Virus record (IMG/VR): IMGVR_UViG_3300049571_000258
Span: 6,186-70,185 of that record
DNA: 64,000 nucleotides
Strand: one strand, 5' to 3'
DNA from: a virus
Taxonomy: Duplodnaviria; Heunggongvirae; Uroviricota; Caudoviricetes
The notes under the pieces were generated by a model that saw only the letters and a program-made list of their open reading frames with translations, was not told the origin of the DNA and did not search any database. The position numbers and the translations under genes are program-made. How positions within the stretch are numbered: the stretch's first letter is position 1; the number at the start of each line of letters is the position of its first letter. Positions 19,700 through 29,539 of the stretch are shown piece after piece.

Positions 19700-20257
19700 G
19701 TGGAAGCCACGCAGAACACAACCCCGCAGGAGACCTCGCCCCCTGAGGCGACCGAGCCGGTCGTCCTGGACGGCAAGTTCAACGACCCGCGAGCGGCGGC
19801 TGTCGCCGCGGTGAAGAATGGCTCGCAGGACCCCGCCGACGTCTCCGACGCCACGGAGTGGTTCCTGTCGGACGCCAACTCCGAGCCGGTCGAGAAGACC
19901 TTCCTGCTCAACGTGGGCACCGAGGAGGCGCCGACCCTGATCGAGTGGACGGTGCAGGCGATCTCGCGCGAGAAGCTGCGCACGATCCGCCGCATGTCCC
20001 GCCCGGCCTCCAAGCGCGCGCAGCGCGACGGTGAGATCGACGAGATCGCGGCCAACACCGGCATCGCTGCCGCGGGCACGGTGTTCCCGGACCTCAACGA
20101 GATGGCCGCCGCCGTCGGCGCGCCGAGCACGACCGCGGTCCTGGAGGCCCGCATGAAGCACAAGCCTGGCCTGATCGACCAGATCGCGGGCGAGGTGCTG
20201 TCGGTGTCCGGCTACGGCGAGAACGACCTCCGGGACCTCTCGGCGGTAAAGCCCTGA
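19700..20257 (+). CDS. Tail assembly chaperone (XkdN-like)
   Basis: Between tube and tape measure; 'EWTVQAISREKL..IRR...LIDQIAGEVLSVSGY'. Confidence 0.8.
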   Translation: MEATQNTTPQETSPPEATEPVVLDGKFNDPRAAAVAAVKNGSQDPADVSDATEWFLSDANSEPVEKTFLLNVGTEEAPTLIEWTVQAISREKLRTIRRMSRPASKRAQRDGEIDEIAANTGIAAAGTVFPDLNEMAAAVGAPSTTAVLEARMKHKPGLIDQIAGEVLSVSGYGENDLRDLSAVKP

Positions 20258-20466
20258 TCCGGTGCGGCCGTGAAGCGTTCCTCTACTACTGCGCATGGAG
20301 GTACGGCGGCATGAACCCGTACTACGTGCACAACGGGGACGACGCTCCACCGCCGCCTCACCCCGATCGGGTGCAGACCTTCATCATGGGCTGTGCTCTG
20401 TTCGCCGACGAGCGCGAGGCAGAGATGGCCGGGGCGAAGGTCCAGCGCCGTTCGTTCGGGGGCTAG
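20245..20466 (+). CDS. -1 frameshift extension of the tail chaperone (G-T equivalent)
   Basis: G GTA AAG just before the stop; the -1 frame is open for 73 codons (GKALIRCGREAFLYYCAWRYGGMNPY...). Confidence 0.7.
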   Translation, partial: GKALIRCGREAFLYYCAWRYGGMNPYYVHNGDDAPPPPHPDRVQTFIMGCALFADEREAEMAGAKVQRRSFGG

Positions 20467-20550
20467 CGTGAACCGGCACGCTCCATCTGGCGCGTCGGGG
20501 GCGGCCGTAGCCGCCCCCGATCAGTGCGCGTGCATGGCGGGTGATGCTCG

Positions 20551-23500
20551 GTGAACCCGACCGTCACCGGCGTGTTCCGCCTGATCGACCGCGCGTCGTC
20601 GGTCCTGGACAAGATCGACCGCAACGCGAAGAAGGTCGACCGCACCCTAGTGCTGCTGGGGCGCCGCTTCGACGCGCTCCAGAAGAAGGTCGACGGCCTG
20701 ACCGTTTCGCTGCGCGGCGCCAACGCGCAGCTGGACGAGTTCGGCCGCAAGAAGGCGACGGCGAGGGTCGACATCGACGGCATCGCCACAGCGATCGCAC
20801 AGCTGAAGACGCTCGACGCCGCCATCGATTCGGTCGAGAAGAAGGTCAACGTCCGCACGAAGACCAACGGCGGCCTGCTTGGGCGCCTATTCGGCGCGAT
20901 CCCGACGGGCGGCAACTCGAACCTCCAGGCGATGCTCGGCTCGGTCGAGTACCACTCGCGGCGCCTGATTCAGACGTCCAAGCCACTGATCCAGACGCTG
21001 GCGGGTGTCTCGGCGGGCGCGTTCGGCGTTGTGTCGGCCTTCGGCATGTGGGGGCCGATCCTGGCCGTCGCCCTGGCCGCCATCCCGCCCCTGACCGGCG
21101 CGTTGACGGCGCTGCTGTCGGTTCTGGCGGGCGCCGTGGGCGGCGCGGGCCTGGTCGGCGGCGGCCTCATCGGTGCCTTCGTCGTCGGCATCGGCTCCGT
21201 TGTCGCGGTCATCAAGACCGCCATCTCGCCGCTGAAGGAGTACAACAAGGCCGTCGACAACCTCAACAAGGCGATGGCCTCCGGCGACCCGCGGAAGATC
21301 GCCGAGGCGCAGAAGATCGTCAACCGCCTCGCAGCCGAGCACCCCCGGATCGCGAAGCTGCGCACCGAGTTCGACAAGCTGAAGGAGGCCTTCAAGGACG
21401 CGACGAAGCCGTCGCAGGCGCGCGCGCTGGACATGATGATCTCGGGCCTGCGCACGGCCCGCACCCTGCTGTCTCAGCACGCGGGGGACATCAGGGACAA
21501 CTTCGCGGCGGCGGCGAACGCGATGGAGGCGATCACGGACCGCCTCTCGGGTCCGCGTTGGCGCGGCATCATCACCGGCTTCTCGCAGATGTTCCAGGGC
21601 GTCGTGGGGCCGATCTCGCGCGGCGTGGAGCGCTTCGCCGCGGCGATCGGCGAGTTGATCCTCAAGGCCGGTCCCGACATCGAGCGCTTCGCGCGCGGGT
21701 TCGAGCGCGCGGGCGCAGCGATGCTGAAGTGGGCAGAGGGGCCGGGCGGCACGAAGTTCGTACGCTCGCTGATGAAGGACTTCCGCACGGTCGGCGGCCT
21801 GATCGGCGGCATCGGCGACGTCCTCGGAGCGCTGTACTCGACGTCGGCGCCGTCGGGGCGCTCGATGCTCTCGGACTTCACCGACACCCTGCACGAGTGG
21901 GCCGACTGGATCCGCAAGAACCGCGAGAAGGTCGAGAAGTTCTTCGAGAACGCGGTCAAGAAGACGGAGGATCTGGCGGACGGGTTTGGCAACATCGTGT
22001 CCACCCTGTGGAATCTGGGCAAGGCGCTGGAGCCGCTGTTCGACTTCGTCACGTTCCTGGCGAAGCACCCGGCAATCTTGGGCCTCTTGGCGGGCGGCTT
22101 TGCGGCTGGGAAGGGCCTCAAGCTAGGTGCGCAGGCCTTCGGCAAGTCGGGCAAGCTCGTCGACAGGTTCATGGGGATCCAGGGCGCGCGCGGCCCGGTC
22201 GCCCCCGGCTCGGCGGCCAACCCGATTGTCGTCACGGGCGTCGGCGTTCCCGGTGGTGGCGGCATCCCCGGTGGCGGCAAGATCGACAAGACGCCGGGCG
22301 CGTTCCGCCTGGCCAAGAACGCCGGGAAGCTGTCGCTGATCCTGCTGCCAGGCATCCTGCTCGCCGAGTCGGGGATCATGCCCAACAACAACAACCCGAC
22401 GACAGGCATGGCGGCGGCGCGCAAGCGCGCGGAGGTTGGGCCAGGCCCGACGGGCGTCCCGTTCGGGCAGCTGCCGAAGTCCACGAAGACGTCGGTGACC
22501 GTCGATGGGCACGCCTACCCGGTTGATCCACGGCTGGCGAACTACCCCGACAGCCACATGACCGACACGGGGGCGCGCCTGCGCGGCTACCCCGACAGCC
22601 ACATGACGTCGTCGGTGAAGCAGTCGGCGAAGGATCTCGCCGACAGCATCGGCCGCCAGAACCAGCGCATCCGCAACGACCAGGCTGACACGACCGACAA
22701 GACGGGCAAGGCGCTGGCCAAGCTCGCCGGGTCGTTCACCTCGAACCTCAAGACGGTGCGCGACCAGACGTCCATGACCTTCCCCGCGGTCTTCCAGGAG
22801 ATGACGCGCTGGCTGGGGCGCATCAACGGGACCTCCGCGGAACCCAACGGCGGCGTGGCGCCCGGCCCGGCGGGCACGAGGGGCAGTCGCCCCCATGCTG
22901 GCGGCGGGCGCATCCCCGGCGTCGGCCTCCAGGACACCGTTCAGGTGGCGCCGGGCGCCATGGCCGCCCCGGGCGAGTTGATCGTCAACCGCCACACCGA
23001 GCAGCGGGCCAACTCGATGCTGATGCGCCACGGCTTCACGCTGGGCGGCCTCGTGCGCGGCGAGACGAAGAAGCACTCCGAGGGCTTCGCCAGCGGCGGG
23101 CGCGTCTCGGGCCTGCTGCCGGGCATTGCCAAGGCGGCCAACGCGGTCCTGTCGCACTTCCCCGGCCTGTCGATCACCTCGACGACGGGCGGCACCCACG
23201 CGGCCAACTCCTACCACTACCGCGGCATGGCCGTCGACATCGGCGGCCCGACGGACGTCATGAACGCCGCCGCGGCGTGGATCCAGCAGACGATGGGCGG
23301 GAGCCTCGCGGAGGGCATCCACAACCCCAACCTGTCGATCAAGGACGGCCAGAACGTTCCGCCGAGCTTCTGGGGCGACTCGACGTGGGCCGGGCACGCC
23401 AACCACATCCACCTCGCGATCGCGGGCGCCCTGGCGGCCATGGCCGGTTTGGGCGGCGGCGCGCTCGGGCACCGCATGCGCCAGCGCAAGATCCGCGGGC

Positions 23501-24204
23501 GCGGCCTGGCGGGCAAGATCGGTCAGACCGCGGTCAACAAGGTCCGTCGGGCGGCGCAGGCGCGCCTGGACGCTGCCGGTGGCGGCCTGGGGGTCCTGGG
23601 TGGCGGCGGCTCCTTCGTGGCCCAGAAGGGCGCGATGACCTTCAACCAGGTCGCGCGCCTGGCCGAGAGCGTGGGCCTGCCGGGCATCACGTTCGCACAG
23701 ATCGCCAAGGGCGAGTCGGGCTTCATCCCGACGGCCGTCGGTCACGACCCTGGCGGCACGCAGGGCTTGGGCCTGTGGCAGATCACGACCGGCTACAACG
23801 ACGACATCATCGCCCGCTTCGGTGGCCGCAACGCGATGTTCAACCCGCACACGAACGCGCTCGCGGCGAAGGCGATCTACGACCGCCAGGGCCTCGCGGC
23901 GTGGCGTGGTACGCGGTACCTGACCGCTCCCAACGCGCACTTCAAGGGCGCGCGCGGCGGGCGCATGCCGGAGTTCGCCGGGTGGTTCGGCGATGGCGGT
24001 ACGGTCACCGCCTCGAAGCCGACCTACATCGGCATCGGCGAGAGCGGCCAGGAGACGGCGACGATCACGAAGGGCGACCCGGGTGGCGGGCGCATCGTGG
24101 TCGAGAAGGTCGTCGTGTACGGCAACGAGGACACGAAGAAGGCGGTCATGGACGCCTTCCGTGACCTGGAGCGCGACATCACCCGACGCAACGTGGAGGA
24201 CTGA
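20551..24204 (+). CDS. Tape measure protein with M15-like peptidase and lytic-transglycosylase domains
   Basis: 1217 aa helical, Ala/Gly-rich; 'NSYHYRGMAVDIG...HANHIH' and 'AKGESGF...GLGLWQI...NALAAKAIY'. Confidence 0.9.
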   Translation: MNPTVTGVFRLIDRASSVLDKIDRNAKKVDRTLVLLGRRFDALQKKVDGLTVSLRGANAQLDEFGRKKATARVDIDGIATAIAQLKTLDAAIDSVEKKVNVRTKTNGGLLGRLFGAIPTGGNSNLQAMLGSVEYHSRRLIQTSKPLIQTLAGVSAGAFGVVSAFGMWGPILAVALAAIPPLTGALTALLSVLAGAVGGAGLVGGGLIGAFVVGIGSVVAVIKTAISPLKEYNKAVDNLNKAMASGDPRKIAEAQKIVNRLAAEHPRIAKLRTEFDKLKEAFKDATKPSQARALDMMISGLRTARTLLSQHAGDIRDNFAAAANAMEAITDRLSGPRWRGIITGFSQMFQGVVGPISRGVERFAAAIGELILKAGPDIERFARGFERAGAAMLKWAEGPGGTKFVRSLMKDFRTVGGLIGGIGDVLGALYSTSAPSGRSMLSDFTDTLHEWADWIRKNREKVEKFFENAVKKTEDLADGFGNIVSTLWNLGKALEPLFDFVTFLAKHPAILGLLAGGFAAGKGLKLGAQAFGKSGKLVDRFMGIQGARGPVAPGSAANPIVVTGVGVPGGGGIPGGGKIDKTPGAFRLAKNAGKLSLILLPGILLAESGIMPNNNNPTTGMAAARKRAEVGPGPTGVPFGQLPKSTKTSVTVDGHAYPVDPRLANYPDSHMTDTGARLRGYPDSHMTSSVKQSAKDLADSIGRQNQRIRNDQADTTDKTGKALAKLAGSFTSNLKTVRDQTSMTFPAVFQEMTRWLGRINGTSAEPNGGVAPGPAGTRGSRPHAGGGRIPGVGLQDTVQVAPGAMAAPGELIVNRHTEQRANSMLMRHGFTLGGLVRGETKKHSEGFASGGRVSGLLPGIAKAANAVLSHFPGLSITSTTGGTHAANSYHYRGMAVDIGGPTDVMNAAAAWIQQTMGGSLAEGIHNPNLSIKDGQNVPPSFWGDSTWAGHANHIHLAIAGALAAMAGLGGGALGHRMRQRKIRGRGLAGKIGQTAVNKVRRAAQARLDAAGGGLGVLGGGGSFVAQKGAMTFNQVARLAESVGLPGITFAQIAKGESGFIPTAVGHDPGGTQGLGLWQITTGYNDDIIARFGGRNAMFNPHTNALAAKAIYDRQGLAAWRGTRYLTAPNAHFKGARGGRMPEFAGWFGDGGTVTASKPTYIGIGESGQETATITKGDPGGGRIVVEKVVVYGNEDTKKAVMDAFRDLERDITRRNVED

Positions 24205-25160
24205 TGAGCAAGCAGCGCGGCAAGGGTGAGGTCGAGAGCGTCGCGTCTCTGGTCGGCTCGCAGATCGACGCCGGTAGCGGCGTGGGCACGGAGGTCGGCC
24301 TAGAGCTTCTGTCGGCCGCGGCGAGCCTGCCGTCCCTGATCCCCCTGATGCAGGGCGACGGCGTCCAGGTCAGCCTCTACGCGATCCCGGAGTTGACCGA
24401 CAAGCGGGTCCTGAAGGAGCCGTTCTACTTCCAGGCGCCGCCGCTGGAGCAGCTGACGCAGCAGTACCGCTACAACTGGACGACCTTCTCGACGGTGTCC
24501 AAGGGCGAGTTCTCGCGCCCGTCGGGCCGCGCACTGTCGTCGCTGCCGCTGAGCACCGTCTTCGTCGACTACGACGCCATCTGGACGAACCTGCGCCAGA
24601 CACGCACGCTCGGCGCGCAGCCGATCAACACCCAGAACATCGCGCGCAACCCGGCGGGACGCTACAAGAACGTCAACCCGATCCAGATGGTCCGCAAGCT
24701 GATCCTGCTCCAGCGGTCGGGCACCCCGTTCGAGTTGATCGTCGGCCAGCACCGCCTATGGGGCCAGCAGGACGTCCACTGGGGGCCGACCAACAAGAAC
24801 GCCGCGGTCATCACCGACCTCCAGGTCGAGGAGCGCGCGGGCGAGATCGACGCACGCTACGTGACGGTCACCTTCCAGGAGTATCGCTCGGCGGGCCTGA
24901 ACACGCGCGGCGTGCTGGAGCTTCGCGGGCGCAACTACCCCAAGACGGTGAAGGTCGGGCGCGCGGCGACGTTCACGCTTCAGGACATCGCGCGCGAGGC
25001 CTACGGCGAGGGGTCGGCGTGGCGCCGGATCGCCAAGGCCAACGGCATCAACTGGCCGGGCGGCGAGCCGCTGGGCGAGTGGATCACCAAGCGCGGCGAG
25101 AACCAGCACATCGTCCAGGTGCCCAAGCCGCCATCGCGCAAGAAGGACGGCGATGGCTAA
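24204..25160 (+). CDS. Tail tube initiator with C-terminal LysM (XkdP-like)
   Basis: 'TLQDIAREAYGEGSAWRRIAKANGI' LysM signature after the TMP. Confidence 0.8.
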   Translation: MSKQRGKGEVESVASLVGSQIDAGSGVGTEVGLELLSAAASLPSLIPLMQGDGVQVSLYAIPELTDKRVLKEPFYFQAPPLEQLTQQYRYNWTTFSTVSKGEFSRPSGRALSSLPLSTVFVDYDAIWTNLRQTRTLGAQPINTQNIARNPAGRYKNVNPIQMVRKLILLQRSGTPFELIVGQHRLWGQQDVHWGPTNKNAAVITDLQVEERAGEIDARYVTVTFQEYRSAGLNTRGVLELRGRNYPKTVKVGRAATFTLQDIAREAYGEGSAWRRIAKANGINWPGGEPLGEWITKRGENQHIVQVPKPPSRKKDGDG

Positions 25161-26487
25161 GGCGTCCGATCGCGTCGCCGTCTCGACGAAGCGCAAGACG
25201 GCGCCCCGCAACCACTGGAACCGGCCGACGGAGAGGCGCGAGTTCGGCAACGAGCGCTTCCGTCTGTGGGCCTATCCGAAGACCGGGCCACTCACGAAGG
25301 TGTCGCTGGATGACGTGGCCGTCGCCTTCGACTGGTTCGAGGACAACACGCACATCCTCGCCGGGTCGCTGACGACGATGACCTCCGAACGCGGGATCGC
25401 GCCCCGCTACGACCTCAAGGCGGGCGACGTCATCTCCTGCGAGGTGTCGCCCGACTCCAACGGCCCGTGGGCCGAGGTGTGGCGCATGCGTGTGCGCAAG
25501 CCGCAGTACAACGTCGGCTCGGGCCAGACGCAGTACGACCTGGAGGACGACCTGGTTCACCTGGACGACACGAAGGGCGACTTCAAGTACCGCAAGGACA
25601 AGCGCCACCCGAAGGGTTGGCTGGGCCACGAGATCATCCGCGACGTCGCGAAGGACTGGGGCTTCGAGGTCACCCGCCTGCCGAAGTTCCGCCACCGCAT
25701 CAAGAACCTCACGCGGCGCAACACCTCGCCACTGGCCATCATCCGCCAGATCCTGCGCTACGAGCGCACCGCCTACGGCACTCGCTACTTCCTGCGCTGG
25801 CAGAACGGTGGCCTGGCGATCGTTCCCTTCCGCCACTCGCGGTCGCTGCTGCTGATCTCGGGCACGATCATCGACGGCACGTTGGAGCAGGACTTCCCGG
25901 AGAACTTCGCCACGGAACTGCGTGTTGTGGGTACGCGTAAGAGCGACAACGGCGTCGACCACAAGGGCCACAAGCGTCGCAAGCGCAAGCACATGGAGGT
26001 GACGGTGTACTCCAAGGGCGCCGTGCGTCGCTACGGCCGGATCGTCAAGCACGTGACGGCCCCCGACCACGCCGACTCCGAGGCGGACCTGATCCGCTAC
26101 GGCAAGCACCAGTTGGCCCGACGCGCACAGCCTCGCCGTGAGTTCACCTTCACGCATCCAGGGATCGCCAACCTGCGCCGCGGTGACGCGCTGCGCCTGA
26201 CGGTTCCCGAGGCCAACCTGGAACGTGTCATCGTCTTCGTCAAGGAGGTCCGGCACAACGTCGGGCAGGGCAACGACTACCAGATGGACGTGACCGTGCA
26301 GTTCGAGGATCCCTACGTGGACAAGGAGTCCGACAAGCTCGCCGCGCGTTGTGCGAAGGCGCGCGAGCGCAACCGCACCCTGCCGAAGAACTGCCCGGCC
26401 AGGTACCGCCGTCGCGACAAGGAGCCGAAGGGTGCGAGCAAGCGTCGCACGGCGCCCGCGGGGACCAAGCGCACAGGAGGCTCGTGA
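25153..26487 (+). CDS. Baseplate hub (XkdQ/gpD-like)
   Basis: Follows the LysM gene; 'GIANLRRGDAL...VKEVRHN...MDVTV'. Confidence 0.8.
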   Translation: MAKASDRVAVSTKRKTAPRNHWNRPTERREFGNERFRLWAYPKTGPLTKVSLDDVAVAFDWFEDNTHILAGSLTTMTSERGIAPRYDLKAGDVISCEVSPDSNGPWAEVWRMRVRKPQYNVGSGQTQYDLEDDLVHLDDTKGDFKYRKDKRHPKGWLGHEIIRDVAKDWGFEVTRLPKFRHRIKNLTRRNTSPLAIIRQILRYERTAYGTRYFLRWQNGGLAIVPFRHSRSLLLISGTIIDGTLEQDFPENFATELRVVGTRKSDNGVDHKGHKRRKRKHMEVTVYSKGAVRRYGRIVKHVTAPDHADSEADLIRYGKHQLARRAQPRREFTFTHPGIANLRRGDALRLTVPEANLERVIVFVKEVRHNVGQGNDYQMDVTVQFEDPYVDKESDKLAARCAKARERNRTLPKNCPARYRRRDKEPKGASKRRTAPAGTKRTGGS

Positions 26488-28859
26488 TGGGCAGCTACAT
26501 CGCTCACCTGACCGTCGGCGACACGCGGACCGAGTTGGACAGCACGCTGAACTACGGCCTGCGCTTCACGGTCGAGGACGCCGAGTACATCATCGTTGCG
26601 ACCGTCTACCTCGACGGCGGCGGCTCGGGCACCGGCTCGCAGGAGGTCTCCCTCCAGATCTTGCAGAACGGCGAGACGGTCGCCACCTCCGAGACGCAGA
26701 CCGTCTCACAGGGCGACCCGGCCGGGTGGGTTGACTTCTCCTTCATCAACGCCGACACGCCCGCGGGCGCGCCCGTTGCTCCGGGTGAGGCCATCCTGAC
26801 CATCCATGGCGGCGCCGTCTCCGAGATCGCTCGCATCTACACCTCTGCGGAACCCAGCGATCCCAGCACGAACCTCCTGACCAATCCCTCCGCCGAGGAG
26901 GGCGACACGTCCGGCTGGACGGCGGGTGGCGACACGGTTCTCGCCAACGAGGCCAGTGGCGCTGCCTACGGCACCCACCGCTTCAGCCTCACGCAGCCGC
27001 TCCCTGACCCAGAGTCGGTGGACGACTTCGACCGCACCGACGGTGCGCTCGGCGATGACTGGGACCGGATGTACTACCCCGGCACAAGTCAGGCGCTGAC
27101 GATCGTGGACAATCAGGTCCAGGCCCCGGACTTCGACCCCGACGTCGACCTGCCCGATGTCCCGTTGCTCGACGACTTCAACCGCGCCTCGCTGGGGTCC
27201 AACTGGGCGGCGATGTCCGGCTTCGCCAACGCGTCGATCGTCAACAACGGCTTCGGTGGCACGGTCATCGGCTCGACCTTCGGGATGCAGTACACCGCCT
27301 CCACCATCGGCGCCGACGCGGAGGTCATCGTCGTACCCAACCCCAACGACTTCCTGGCGATCGCGCTGTGGTTCGGCTTCGGTGCGGGTGACGGCATCTG
27401 GTGCCGCTGGACGAAGAACACGAACCGCGTCGAGATGGTCAACACCTCCGCCGGGTCGACCAACGTGTCGTACTCGACCTGGAACCTCGTCGACATGCTC
27501 ATGGCCCGCACCTACAACGGGACCTTCCAGGCGTGGATCCGCGAGAGTGGCGTCTGGGTCAAGAAGCTGGAGCGCACCTCGCAGACGACCCCGGGCGGCA
27601 ACCTGGGCCTCGTGGTGACGCAGGCGTCGATGACGAAGGGCGGCGCGGACTCCATCTACGTCCGCGACCTCGACAACGCGCAGGCGGGCGCGAGCTTCTA
27701 CACGACGCCGCAGGCGGCCGAGTCCACCGCGCGCCTGACCGTTGCGTCGATCGCCGCCGGGGACACGGCGACACTCGTGCTCGCTGGCACCGACCTTGAC
27801 GACGAGGACAGCATCGACGGCTACAACGTCACGCTCACCACCGACCAGACGGCCGTCTCGGGCCGCGGCTACTCACAGGCGTTCGCCACCGGTTGGGACG
27901 ACGGCGACCAGGTCGAGACCCGCATCTTCAATAACACGCTGACGATCCTGCGCCTCCCGTCGGGGGAGACGGACTGGGAGACGGTCGGCTCCGTGCCCGG
28001 TCCCGGTGGCATCGCTGGCCTGGTCGGCATCGCTATCACCGGTGCCGCCGTTGTGGATGACCTGGAGATCGCAGCCATCACCTCCGGGACGGTCTCGATG
28101 TCGCAGACCGTGAACGCGACGGAGGGGTCCCGCTACGACGCGCTGATCTCCTATCTCTCCAACCATGGCCGCTCGTGCGTGCTCCAGCTGGACTTCCTGG
28201 ACGAAGGCGACGAGGTACTGGCGACGGTCGCTAGCCCACCGAAGCCGAGCGCCAGTTCCTGGGTGGTCCCTTACGTGACGGCGGTCGCGCCGGAGGACAC
28301 GACGCAGGTGCGCGTCACCGCGACGATCTCCGGCGTCTCGGCCGACAGCACGGACTACCTCGACGGCGCGGTGCTTGTCGAGAACGGCCTGGCGACCCCG
28401 GGCGGCGTGGCCGCCTCGGAGATCACGGGCCTCACGCTCCTGATGCGCACGAACACGCACTGGACCCCGGCCGCCAAGGCGGAGGACTCCTACTACGCGC
28501 GCCTGCCCAAGGCGGAGGCGCAGGAGAAGCTGCGCGAGACCGCGCCCGACGCGACCGACATCCGCAGCGCTACGTGCAGCTGGCACGGGACGATGTACGA
28601 CCAGGAGACGGGCTACTTCGCCGTCGTCCAGGAGGACGGCGACCTCGCCGACCTCGTCGGCGAGCGCATTCTGGTCTCCCTCGACGACAGCCTCGCTGAC
28701 ACGCGCTCGGTCGTCTGCTACGTGCACACGACCGGGGAGATGGATGACGGCGACCTCTCGCTGCCGCGCAAGGCTTTCGCCGAACTCGGCAGCCTCTACA
28801 ACGACTCGGTGCCGGTGCGTGTCCAGCCGATGACCTCCAACCCGCCGACGGTCACATGA
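26487..28859 (+). CDS. Baseplate-associated multidomain protein: CBM-like and lectin-like modules, C-terminal RlpA-like DPBB domain
   Basis: 'NLLTNPSAEEGDTSGW' CBM-like start; two 'DDF[DN]R' modules; C-terminal 'CSWHG...SVVCYV...DLSLPRKAFAELG...VPVRV'. Confidence 0.65.
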   Translation: MGSYIAHLTVGDTRTELDSTLNYGLRFTVEDAEYIIVATVYLDGGGSGTGSQEVSLQILQNGETVATSETQTVSQGDPAGWVDFSFINADTPAGAPVAPGEAILTIHGGAVSEIARIYTSAEPSDPSTNLLTNPSAEEGDTSGWTAGGDTVLANEASGAAYGTHRFSLTQPLPDPESVDDFDRTDGALGDDWDRMYYPGTSQALTIVDNQVQAPDFDPDVDLPDVPLLDDFNRASLGSNWAAMSGFANASIVNNGFGGTVIGSTFGMQYTASTIGADAEVIVVPNPNDFLAIALWFGFGAGDGIWCRWTKNTNRVEMVNTSAGSTNVSYSTWNLVDMLMARTYNGTFQAWIRESGVWVKKLERTSQTTPGGNLGLVVTQASMTKGGADSIYVRDLDNAQAGASFYTTPQAAESTARLTVASIAAGDTATLVLAGTDLDDEDSIDGYNVTLTTDQTAVSGRGYSQAFATGWDDGDQVETRIFNNTLTILRLPSGETDWETVGSVPGPGGIAGLVGIAITGAAVVDDLEIAAITSGTVSMSQTVNATEGSRYDALISYLSNHGRSCVLQLDFLDEGDEVLATVASPPKPSASSWVVPYVTAVAPEDTTQVRVTATISGVSADSTDYLDGAVLVENGLATPGGVAASEITGLTLLMRTNTHWTPAAKAEDSYYARLPKAEAQEKLRETAPDATDIRSATCSWHGTMYDQETGYFAVVQEDGDLADLVGERILVSLDDSLADTRSVVCYVHTTGEMDDGDLSLPRKAFAELGSLYNDSVPVRVQPMTSNPPTVT

Positions 28860-29539
28860 GCAGGCCCAAGGACCGGCCGATCCGCGATCTGGCTGCGGCG
28901 ATCCTCGAAGCGTCACGCCGCGAGGCGGAAGATGTCCACCGGGGCCTGTTCTTCGGCGAGGTGACGACGCGCGACCCCCTGAGCGTTGACCTCCAGGGGT
29001 CCTCGCTCTCCCTCACCGAGGATGAAGACCTCGTGCTCACCCAGACGGTGCGCCAATACGATCGCGACCAGGGCCTGGATCCCGGCGACCTGCTCGTCTG
29101 TGTGGAGATGCCCGACGGTGACTGGGTGGCACTCGACGTTGTGACGGGTGACGAGGACGACGACCCCAATCCGACGCCGGTCGTGGCCATCCCCCTATCG
29201 CTGCCGGGCGACCAGGAGGCCCACACCGGCACGATGCGCCTGCCCTTCTACACCGACGTGCAGATCATGAGCGTCAGCCTTCTGGCCGGGACCGCCCCGA
29301 CCGGCGCCTCGCTGATCTATGACATCAACAAGGGCACCCCGGGCGGCTCGGCGTCGACCATCTACACGACGTCGGCCAACCGGCCAACCATCGCCGCAGG
29401 CAGCACCGTAGGCAGCGACCACCTCCCGGACGTGCGCTCGATCGACGCCGGGCAGTACCTCACCGTCGACTGTGACCAGATCGGGTCGACGGTCGCCGGT
29501 GCGGATGTCACGATCGTGCTGCGCTACCGGGAGGTCTAG
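28856..29539 (+). CDS. Baseplate spike-like protein (XkdR-like OB fold) with C-terminal jelly-roll extension
   Basis: 'FFGEVTTRDPLSVDL...GLDPGDLLVC...DGDWVALD'. Confidence 0.65.
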   Translation: MSRPKDRPIRDLAAAILEASRREAEDVHRGLFFGEVTTRDPLSVDLQGSSLSLTEDEDLVLTQTVRQYDRDQGLDPGDLLVCVEMPDGDWVALDVVTGDEDDDPNPTPVVAIPLSLPGDQEAHTGTMRLPFYTDVQIMSVSLLAGTAPTGASLIYDINKGTPGGSASTIYTTSANRPTIAAGSTVGSDHLPDVRSIDAGQYLTVDCDQIGSTVAGADVTIVLRYREV

